DNA from: Candidatus Hermodarchaeota archaeon
GTDB taxonomy: Archaea > Asgardarchaeota > Lokiarchaeia > Sigyniarchaeales > SOKP01
DNA: 64,000 nucleotides
Reading direction: 5' to 3'
Assembly (NCBI GenBank): GCA_048885925.1
Contig: JBHLLG010000008.1
Location: 1 to 64,000 of the forward strand
Shown here: piece by piece, positions 19,059-27,336 of the stretch
Layout of the letters: each line of letters opens with the position of its first letter
How positions within the stretch are numbered: the stretch's first letter is position 1
The notes under the pieces: model-generated
Database searches by the model: none
Seen by the model: the letters and a program-made list of their open reading frames with translations, nothing else
Told to the model about the DNA's origin: nothing
Position numbers and translations under genes: made by a program

Positions 19059-20033
19059 ATGACTGAGAATCAAAATTTGGAAACTAACACTAAAAAAGAA
19101 AAAACTAAAGAAGAATCTGAGGAAGAAGAAGAAGAACTAAAAAATGAATCGCTTAAAAAAGCGGGAAAAATTGCTCAAGATGTAAAAAATTATATAAGGC
19201 CTAAAATCAAAATAGGAGCGAATGTATTAGATTTAATAACCGAAGCTGAAGCAAAAATTGAAGATTTAGGTGGACTTTGTGCTTTTCCCGTCAATTTATG
19301 CATAAACAATATTGCAGCGCATTATACATCTCCTATAAAAGATGATGGGTTAGAAATTAATGAGGGAGATTTGGTTAAATTCGATTTAGGAGTTCACTTA
19401 AATGGATATATTGTTGATACCGCTTTTACTGTCAATTTTAATAATGATAAATCTCTTGAAAATATCATTCAAGCAACTGAAGTCGCTCTTGATGCCGCAA
19501 TAATGATGGTTAAACCAAAAATGAATACTAGAAATATTGGTAAAAAAATTGAAGAAATTGTCAAAGGTTTTAATTATAACCCAATTAGAGAACTTGGAGG
19601 CCATCAAATTGAAAGGTGGACTGTCCATGGAAAAAAGCAGATACCTGAATTAGGATCCCAAGGAGGAGATGATATCGAAATTGGTGATGTTTTTTCTATT
19701 GAGATATTTGCAAGTACTGGAGAAGGATCTGTTCATAATACTCAATATTCATACATTTATGAGGTTAATCCCTATGCAGGCAGAGTACCTTTACGTAGAA
19801 AGACTTCTAAACAAATTCTTGGCTATATTAATAAAAAATATAAAACATTACCCTTTGCAGAGAGATGGTTAGCAAAAAAATTTAGATTAGGAATAGCCTT
19901 TGGACTTCAAGAGTTAGTACAACAAGGAAAATTGCATGCACATTATGTTTTAGCGGAAAAAAAAGGTATATATGTTGCCCAATCAGAAGACACCATTATA
20001 ATAACTGAAGATGGATATGAAAAATTAACTTAA
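19059..20033 (+). CDS. map: Type II methionine aminopeptidase with acidic N-terminal extension
   Basis: AFPVN, AAHY, DLGVH, DTA, GHQI, IEIF, QSEDT; metal ligands intact. Confidence 0.93.
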   Translation: MTENQNLETNTKKEKTKEESEEEEEELKNESLKKAGKIAQDVKNYIRPKIKIGANVLDLITEAEAKIEDLGGLCAFPVNLCINNIAAHYTSPIKDDGLEINEGDLVKFDLGVHLNGYIVDTAFTVNFNNDKSLENIIQATEVALDAAIMMVKPKMNTRNIGKKIEEIVKGFNYNPIRELGGHQIERWTVHGKKQIPELGSQGGDDIEIGDVFSIEIFASTGEGSVHNTQYSYIYEVNPYAGRVPLRRKTSKQILGYINKKYKTLPFAERWLAKKFRLGIAFGLQELVQQGKLHAHYVLAEKKGIYVAQSEDTIIITEDGYEKLT

Positions 20034-20076
20034 AACAATTAGGGAATTAAATTCAAACGAAATAACTCGCTTAATC

Positions 20077-21189
20077 ATGGATAAACCAAAAATTTGCCTT
20101 GTTTCTCTTACAATTGCCCCTGACACTCAGGATGGAGCAGCAAAATTTTTTAGTGGTATTTATAATTATTTAAAAACGAAAGGTTATGATGTAAGATTAA
20201 TCACAGGTAAATGGAATATTGCTCTTTCAGATCCAGATATTTTTCAAGTAAAAATAATAAGAAGGCGTTTTTTTTGGTTCCCTCAATTTAATTTGCATGC
20301 AGTAAAGTATCTAAAACAGCATAATTTTGATATTTTACATGGGAATAGCCCTAAAGGAGTTTTGCCTATCATATTAGCAAATCATAAACGATTTATTTCT
20401 ACCATTCATGATTTAGGCCCATTCGAGACACAATTTACTAGGATTCCTATCGAAAAATTTTTAATCAAATACGCGGTTCAGAAATCAACATACATTACAA
20501 CCTGTTCTGACTCTATTAAAAAGGAAATTAAATTTTTTATGCCCAAAGTAAATATTAATAAAATTTTCAATCTATATTCCGCAATTGAGGATAAATATCA
20601 ACCATTTCCTAAAGAAGCGAAAGAGTTAAAAGAAAAACTTGGCATTAAAGGACCAGTTATTTTGTATATAGGCCGTATTGCGAAATATAAAGGCGTAAGT
20701 GATATTATAAAGGCTTATAAAATAGCAAGAAAAGAAATTCATGATCTAAATTTGGTCATGGGAGGCAAACCTGATTTTTTTATGGAACAAATTTACCAAG
20801 AATGGAAAAGAAAATACAAGGATATCTATTTTGTAGGTTTTATTCCTGAAAAAGAAATTCCTACGTATTATTCAATGGGAGATATTTTTGTGACATATTC
20901 TTATGCTTCAGAAGGTTTTGGCTTAACTCCAATTGAAGCTATTGCTTGCGGAACTCCTGTTATTTGTTCATCATTAGGTGCTTATAAAGAAGTTTTAAAC
21001 AATAATGCAATTTTTGTTCCCCCGAAGAATCCTCAACAATTAGCTAAAGAAATTGTAAATTTATTAAAAGATGATAATAAAAGGAAAACTCTAATAGGGA
21101 AAGCTCAAGATTTTATAAAGATGTATACTTGGGATTCAGTTGGAAAGAAACTTGAAGTTGTATATCAGAAAATGCTTGAAAATCTTTAA
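20077..21189 (+). CDS. GT4 glycosyltransferase
   Basis: STIHD, YIGRIAKYKG, EGFGLTPIEAIACGTPVI. Confidence 0.92.
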   Translation: MDKPKICLVSLTIAPDTQDGAAKFFSGIYNYLKTKGYDVRLITGKWNIALSDPDIFQVKIIRRRFFWFPQFNLHAVKYLKQHNFDILHGNSPKGVLPIILANHKRFISTIHDLGPFETQFTRIPIEKFLIKYAVQKSTYITTCSDSIKKEIKFFMPKVNINKIFNLYSAIEDKYQPFPKEAKELKEKLGIKGPVILYIGRIAKYKGVSDIIKAYKIARKEIHDLNLVMGGKPDFFMEQIYQEWKRKYKDIYFVGFIPEKEIPTYYSMGDIFVTYSYASEGFGLTPIEAIACGTPVICSSLGAYKEVLNNNAIFVPPKNPQQLAKEIVNLLKDDNKRKTLIGKAQDFIKMYTWDSVGKKLEVVYQKMLENL

Positions 21190-22295
21190 ACATTTTTAAG
21201 ATTTGCTTTTACAAAGTTAAAACAAATATCAATTGGATTCTCAAATTGGCTGATTTTTTCTTTAAATGAACTTATTTTGAATCGATCTGGAGAGGGACCT
21301 TGATTAAGGAGATTTATAGCTCTTTCAATTAAATATTTTGAATTTTTTATATGCTCGAGAGGAAATCCATTTTCTTTTAAAAATTTCTCTTGAGGTGCTG
21401 ACTCTCCTGGAAAGAATTCTATACTTGGAACATTCAATAAACTTGATTCCCGGACTATGGTTCCACCTCCGCTAATTATTAATGCTCCATAAAAGCATAG
21501 ATCAACTATATTTGGCAAATATTGAACAACTTTAATATTTTTTTCTTTCTTATAATCTTTGAGTTTATGTAACAGAAATTCTTCTTGTTTTTGGGATCGA
21601 ACAAGAAGGAAATATTTATAGTTTGGAAATTCTTTAAAGATCGAAGGAAAAAACTCAATTATTTTAGTCTCTTCTGGCTTGATTTTATCAATTAAATAAG
21701 AAGCATGAGTTGGTTCAGATCTTATTATCAAGAATTCTCCTCTCTCTAAACCAAATTTATCCAAGATTTTAGGATTAGGAATGTATTCTGAAAGCCAAGC
21801 AATCTCATCAAGACCATTGTAACTAACAATTTTTTCTGGATCAGCATAAAGTTGTATGTACCATTCTTTAGGAATACATTCGGGGGTAATAATATTATTT
21901 ATAAATGGATGTATTAATTTACATACTGGGATATTGCGAGGTTCATCATTAAATCCTATTGAAGGAATTTGTAATCCATAAGCGATTCTTGTCCCTTCTA
22001 TTGATAAAAATGTAACAAAATAATCTGGTGAAAACCTAACAACTAGAGGAAATAAATGTTTTAAACGATTTATATACGTTTTCAATTTATTTTCTAATCT
22101 TCCGCCACCATGTGTTCCAATTTGTTTATAATTTACTTGAAAATCGTCTAAAATTTTATAAGTTGAATCATAATCTCTAGCAGTTATTAAAAGTTCAGTC
22201 TGTTCATTTTCAAACCTTTTTATTAAAGAATTAAACATTATGGCAGTTTTAGGCTGTTCAATGTCAATCCAAATCCTTTTACCAGATAAACTCAT
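21186..22295 (-). CDS. DUF354 family GT-B-fold protein
   Basis: RIWIDI, ITARDY, GTHGG, GGGTIVRESSLLNVPSI. Confidence 0.8.
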   Translation of the reverse strand: MSLSGKRIWIDIEQPKTAIMFNSLIKRFENEQTELLITARDYDSTYKILDDFQVNYKQIGTHGGGRLENKLKTYINRLKHLFPLVVRFSPDYFVTFLSIEGTRIAYGLQIPSIGFNDEPRNIPVCKLIHPFINNIITPECIPKEWYIQLYADPEKIVSYNGLDEIAWLSEYIPNPKILDKFGLERGEFLIIRSEPTHASYLIDKIKPEETKIIEFFPSIFKEFPNYKYFLLVRSQKQEEFLLHKLKDYKKEKNIKVVQYLPNIVDLCFYGALIISGGGTIVRESSLLNVPSIEFFPGESAPQEKFLKENGFPLEHIKNSKYLIERAINLLNQGPSPDRFKISSFKEKISQFENPIDICFNFVKANLKNV

Positions 22296-22400
22296 ATTAA
22301 ATAGTGAAAAGAGATTATAATTAAATTCTTTATTATGAATTAAAATATAGTTTCTAGAAATATTGAAAGTTTATAGTATTTTCTTAAAATTATAAATTAT

Positions 22401-22694
22401 TTACTCCTTACAAATACATGGATTTGATTCACATTTAATACAAATGTTTGGATACTTACTTGATAAAGCATATTCAAGATTAATGTCTAATAAATTAGCT
22501 AATGAACTTGTCCAGGCGATTACATCAGCCAATTCCTCCGAAACATGTTTTTTATCAATTTTTTCGCATCTTAAAACCTGTGCTAATTCTCCAATTTCTT
22601 CTATTAACCATAGGAAGGTACCCCTTATACCTCTATTTTTATCTCGAAGCAAATAAAGATCTTTAATTAAATCTTGAAATTCAGAGATTTTCAT
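22401..22694 (-). CDS. MazG-like nucleotide pyrophosphohydrolase
   Basis: WLIEEIGELA, EELADVIAW, C-terminal CxxC..PCxC. Confidence 0.88.
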   Translation of the reverse strand: MKISEFQDLIKDLYLLRDKNRGIRGTFLWLIEEIGELAQVLRCEKIDKKHVSEELADVIAWTSSLANLLDINLEYALSSKYPNICIKCESNPCICKE

Positions 22695-22739
22695 GGAGAT
22701 TAACCTATTAAAATATAATTAAGATTAATAATATTATGC

Positions 22740-22955
22740 TCAACCGGGAGCAAAAAGCCATTCAAAAACACCAACGTGAGCTAATACTACTATTAGGATT
22801 AAGGCAACGGACAAAAGAATAGTGCTTATAGGTCCTATTTTCATTCCAATTGAACTATCTTGGAAGAATCTCATTAATCCTGCTCCAGCTAATGGCATAG
22901 GTGCACTTCCACTTCTTCTTTTTTTTCGTCTTGATTGAGCTCGAGAACTTGACAT
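22740..22955 (-). CDS. secG: Preprotein translocase subunit Sec61beta
   Basis: AGLMRFFQD...KIGP followed by a single C-terminal TM helix; basic N-terminus. Confidence 0.9.
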   Translation of the reverse strand: MSSSRAQSRRKKRRSGSAPMPLAGAGLMRFFQDSSIGMKIGPISTILLSVALILIVVLAHVGVFEWLFAPG

Positions 22956-23110
22956 ACCTAAGAGCAACTTAAAATTATGTAAAAATTATTTATTAAATTA
23001 ATTACTAAAAACATATAAAACTTTATCTTGAATTATAAAAAAAAATATCATAAATCTTTATATTCTTTATTAATTATTCTTAGATAATTTAAGGAATTAA
23101 TTATGGTAGC

Positions 23111-24958
23111 ATGATAAAAAGAGAAAAATTATTGCGGGTATTCATCGGACTTCTATTAATTATATTAGTATTATCATTCATAGGGGATAATTTAACACTA
23201 AAAAATACAAGCTATAACAAAAATAATGATTTAAATTTATCTTCTAGCTTAGAAGGAATTGAAAATGTAGTAATTACAAGAGTTGTAAGACAAGTTAATA
23301 TAAGTGGTTATGGTACTTTAATATTTGAAGATACATTAGATGTTAAAAATTTAAACAACAATCCAATTTCTTCAATTTTTATTTGTCTGCCGTCATATGA
23401 TTATGAAGATCTTACTTTTTTTCAAGCAAAAGGAATAAACCAAAATACGTTATTAGCAGAACGTACCAATATGAAAATGAATGATTTTGAAATGATAATT
23501 GTTTATTTTGATTCCCCATTATTGCCGCATCAAACAAAAACTATTTTATTTAAGTACATATACAAGGACGTTTTAAGTTATTATACAATAGATAAACAAT
23601 ACGTAGGGTTTTTAATGAATGTTTTTCCACTTTTACCCTATAAATTAGACGGAGAAATTACAACAAACATTAAAATCCCTGAAGGAGCTGAGGATGTAAT
23701 TAATGATTGGGGCCAATATCTTCCCGAAGCTTACAGGATAGTCTTTAGATTTGATTATATTAAATTTGAAATTGGAGCTTTTTATGTAAGTCCTTTCTTG
23801 GAGAATTTAGGTGACAGAAAAATAGTTCAAATATCTTTTTCTGACAATATACGAACGAATATAGAAATGAATGAAATAAATCGTGAAATATTCATCTCTC
23901 CTTGGGGAATATTAAGGATTAGAGAAGAATTTTCTGTACATAATTTAGGAGAAATAGATGCCTATACTCTCTCATTACGAGTACCCAAAGATGCAAGGAA
24001 TATCTACATATCTGATTTTTTAGGAGAAATCCAAGGAATTTCATTTTTAGATATCGAAATATTCAACTATAAAAGAGCGGATATTGAATTAATGGAAAAT
24101 CGTGTAAGGTTAACACCTAATTCAACTTATAGTTTTAATGTGGAATATTATTTACCATTTGAAAAATATATTTCCATGAATTGGTTCCAACAATCAATTC
24201 AAATTGATTTATTAACAACTACCTTTGAGTATTTAGGAAGAGATCAAACGACTAAAATAATAATTGAAGGGTGTTATACCATTAGTTCAATTACTGATCC
24301 TCCAGATGCAATTCAAAAGTCTAAAGGGACTACAATAATCATATATAGAGCAGACATTGTTAATCCAACCGAGACTAAAGTAATACAATTAACGTTTACT
24401 CTTGATATTTTTGAATTAATTCTGAGGCCTATTACCTTTATTTTAATTATATCTGTAATCGCCTCTATCTTTGTATTACTTATTAAAACGAGAAAAAAGG
24501 AGCGTGATATCACTATTTTAGAAACAAAATTTATACCTGTTAATGAAATCAGAGAATTTTGCTCACTGACAGAAGAAAAAAATGCTTTAATCTTGGAAAT
24601 TAGACAAGCGGAAGAAGATTCAAAACGTAAAAAAATGGCAAAAAAGAAATATAAAAATATCCTTGACAAAAATACTGCCAAAATCGAAGAGATACAAAAG
24701 GAAGTGATGTCATTCAAAAAAGCTTTGATAGAAGCCGGTGAAACGTTTGAAAGTGTCATAAAAAGGTTAGATGTTCTAGATGCAGAAAGGTTAAGTATTC
24801 AAGATAGTTTATCACTCTTAGAATCTAGATATAAAAGAGGTAGATTACCCTCAAGAGCGGCTTACATTAAATTATCAAATGATTTCAAAAAAAGAAGGAA
24901 AAAAATAGATAGAACTATTGATAGATACATTCAGCAATTAAGGAGTTATCTATTGTAA
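23111..24958 (+). CDS. Ribophorin I (OST1)-like oligosaccharyltransferase subunit
   Basis: Signal anchor; two repeats of the R.(V/I).IS..G motif (REIFISPWGIL.IREEF...N); one TM; cytosolic coiled coil. Confidence 0.8.
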   Translation: MIKREKLLRVFIGLLLIILVLSFIGDNLTLKNTSYNKNNDLNLSSSLEGIENVVITRVVRQVNISGYGTLIFEDTLDVKNLNNNPISSIFICLPSYDYEDLTFFQAKGINQNTLLAERTNMKMNDFEMIIVYFDSPLLPHQTKTILFKYIYKDVLSYYTIDKQYVGFLMNVFPLLPYKLDGEITTNIKIPEGAEDVINDWGQYLPEAYRIVFRFDYIKFEIGAFYVSPFLENLGDRKIVQISFSDNIRTNIEMNEINREIFISPWGILRIREEFSVHNLGEIDAYTLSLRVPKDARNIYISDFLGEIQGISFLDIEIFNYKRADIELMENRVRLTPNSTYSFNVEYYLPFEKYISMNWFQQSIQIDLLTTTFEYLGRDQTTKIIIEGCYTISSITDPPDAIQKSKGTTIIIYRADIVNPTETKVIQLTFTLDIFELILRPITFILIISVIASIFVLLIKTRKKERDITILETKFIPVNEIREFCSLTEEKNALILEIRQAEEDSKRKKMAKKKYKNILDKNTAKIEEIQKEVMSFKKALIEAGETFESVIKRLDVLDAERLSIQDSLSLLESRYKRGRLPSRAAYIKLSNDFKKRRKKIDRTIDRYIQQLRSYLL

Positions 24959-24981
24959 AATCTATTTGTGTGTATAATTTT

Positions 24982-25605
24982 ATGAAACCATGGCTTTTTG
25001 ATTTATTGGCTTGCCCTATAGATAAATATTTTCCTCTAAAATTATACATTTTTTCTTTTGAGAATAAACCAGAAGAAATTCAATCTATTATTAATATTTA
25101 TAAAAACAGAGATATCAATTATATTAAAAGTGAAGAAATGGTTAATATTTCTCAAGAAAATAACGAATTTTTCATAAAAGATAACATAATTATCGAAAAA
25201 ACTAATCTTAACTCCTATCTTGAGCTAGTAATTTCGAGCATAGATGAATTTGAAAATATTTTTGATAAATCTAATAATCCCATTAGTGAAAAATGTATTA
25301 AAATTATGAAATCTGATATTAAATCAAAAATTAAAGGTTTTTCTCCAATATCTGATTTAAATAATTTTGAAAAGATCTTACCTGAATTATTTTTTATAAA
25401 TAAAATCAAATTAGAAATTGAAATCGAAGCTGGAATACTGGTTTGTCCTAAATGTAAACGCTGGTATCCTATTATTGAAACCATCCCACAAATGTTACCT
25501 GATAAATATCGTGATGAAAAAAATGAAATTGAATTTCTAAAAAAGCATAAAAATTTATTAGATGAAAAATTCTTTAATCAAGATCTTAAACCATTTAGGA
25601 TTTAA
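24982..25605 (+). CDS. trm112: Trm112-family methyltransferase activator with large insertion
   Basis: MKPWLFDLLACP...EIEAGILVCPKCKRWYPIIETIPQML. Confidence 0.85.
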   Translation: MKPWLFDLLACPIDKYFPLKLYIFSFENKPEEIQSIINIYKNRDINYIKSEEMVNISQENNEFFIKDNIIIEKTNLNSYLELVISSIDEFENIFDKSNNPISEKCIKIMKSDIKSKIKGFSPISDLNNFEKILPELFFINKIKLEIEIEAGILVCPKCKRWYPIIETIPQMLPDKYRDEKNEIEFLKKHKNLLDEKFFNQDLKPFRI

Positions 25606-25653
25606 AAATAACTCTATAAAGATCTCATAGATTCATCCTAAATTTAACCTATA

Positions 25654-25787
25654 AGCCCGGTGGTGTAGATTAATACATTTTTTTTTGTATTAAGCAAAAT
25701 GGCCAAGCATTTGGGGCTTTGAACCCCGCGACTATACTCCTCCCTGTAAGGTGTATAGCGAACACGGTTCGAATCCGTGCCGGGCTA
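25654..25787 (+). tRNA. tRNA-Gln(UUG) with two introns (25669-25699 and 25733-25762); CCA not encoded
   Basis: Acceptor AGCCCGG/CCGGGCT (A1-U72), D-stem GTGT/GCAT, anticodon arm TGGGG-CTTTGAA-CCCCG, T-arm CACGG-TTCGAAT-CCGTG; removing both inserts gives a canonical cloverleaf. Confidence 0.9.
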
Positions 25788-25903
25788 TTCAATTAATAAA
25801 TTAAATTTAAAAAATAAAAGCTTTAATAAATCACATATTTTAGTTTTTATCTTTAAATTAGTTAATTGAATTAGATTTCTTAAAAAAAAATTAAAAAATT
25901 TCA

Positions 25904-27286
25904 ATGAAATATCTCTCAGACCTAAATTGGAGTATTTTGGAAATTTTCTTTTTAATCATCATATTCATTATTGGATTTTTGGTCACCTACATTATTCTCC
26001 CTTACATAATAAAATTCATGAAAAGAAAAGGATACGTAGGTATTGATATACATAAAAATTCTAAACCTGAAATTTCTGAATCTGGTGGACTTGCAATAGT
26101 AATAGGTTTTACATTTTGTTCTTTTTTTTTAATTTTATTTTTTCCCGCTTTTTTTAACGAAATAATAGTTTTTCTTTTAACAGTTTTGCTAACTGGGCTT
26201 ATAGGATTTATTGATGACCGTAAAAAATTACGTTCACGATATAAAATAGCTTTATCAATATTTTCTGGTGGAATTATATTTTTAGCAAATATATATGGAA
26301 TTATAAACATATCATCTCCAACAATTCCTTTTCTGTATCAGACTAGATTGACAATTATATATCCATTTTTAATTCCAATAATAGTAGCAGTCTTTGCTAA
26401 TACAGTGAATATGTTAGAAGGATATAATGGTGAAGGATCAGGAACTTGTTTGATTGCAGTTTGTTTTTTATTTGTTTGTGGCATATTGTGGAATTCTGCT
26501 GAAGCAATAATTTTTACAGTTCCAGTAATAGCTGTTTTAATTCCTTTTTACTTATTTAATAAGTATCCTGCAAAAACTTTTCCAGGTGATATTGGAACTT
26601 TAAGTATGGGAGTAATGATTGCATGTATTATGCTATTTGGATCATTAGAAGTAGCTACATTTTGTGCATTTTTAATCCATATTTTAAATAGTTTTTATTA
26701 TATATATTCTGTGAAAGGATTTTTTGAAAGTAGTGATATTAGAGAAACTAAAGAGGACATCATTTTATTAGAAGATGATCAGATAAAAGCATCAGATCAG
26801 AAAGATGCTGTATTAACCTTACCTAGATTAATACTAGCTAAAGGACCCTTAAAAGAATCAAAATTGGTGAAAAATTTTTATGCTATCTCCTTAATATGTG
26901 GCTTTTTTTCGATACTCTCTATCTTATTAATACAATTCACATTGGGAATTTTTAATATTTACATCTTAATAATACCTTTCATTATTTTTTTAGCCCCTAC
27001 AATTTTAATTTTATATAAATTCCCCAGAATCAGAGGTATAATTCTTTTAATGATAATATTACTAATTTCTCTTTTATTATTCTTATTATTTATTAAATCT
27101 GTAATAATGCCTATTCCATTTCCTGATATTGACCTTAAAGTAATTCAAATCCCCGTTAATCTATTAATTTCATTAATTTTAGTAATCCCTATCTTATTAC
27201 TTTGGTATCTAATTACTATAAAATATTTCTGGACAGAAATAAATAAAATGAAAAAATTTGAAGCTAGACATAAAACTTTAACTTAA
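25904..27286 (+). CDS. UDP-GlcNAc:polyprenol-phosphate GlcNAc-1-P transferase (AglH/GPT, GT4-MraY family) with extra C-terminal TMs
   Basis: GIDIHK, ESGG, IGFIDD, ANTVNMLEGYNG, NKYPAKTFPGDIGT. Confidence 0.88.
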   Translation: MKYLSDLNWSILEIFFLIIIFIIGFLVTYIILPYIIKFMKRKGYVGIDIHKNSKPEISESGGLAIVIGFTFCSFFLILFFPAFFNEIIVFLLTVLLTGLIGFIDDRKKLRSRYKIALSIFSGGIIFLANIYGIINISSPTIPFLYQTRLTIIYPFLIPIIVAVFANTVNMLEGYNGEGSGTCLIAVCFLFVCGILWNSAEAIIFTVPVIAVLIPFYLFNKYPAKTFPGDIGTLSMGVMIACIMLFGSLEVATFCAFLIHILNSFYYIYSVKGFFESSDIRETKEDIILLEDDQIKASDQKDAVLTLPRLILAKGPLKESKLVKNFYAISLICGFFSILSILLIQFTLGIFNIYILIIPFIIFLAPTILILYKFPRIRGIILLMIILLISLLLFLLFIKSVIMPIPFPDIDLKVIQIPVNLLISLILVIPILLLWYLITIKYFWTEINKMKKFEARHKTLT

Positions 27287-27336
27287 CAACTAATAATCTA
27301 TATTAAAAAAATGTAGGATAATAAAAGGTATTCTCT

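Noticed and set aside
25788-25903. Integrated element at the tRNA 3' end
   Set aside because: No integrase and no duplicated tRNA end seen in the window
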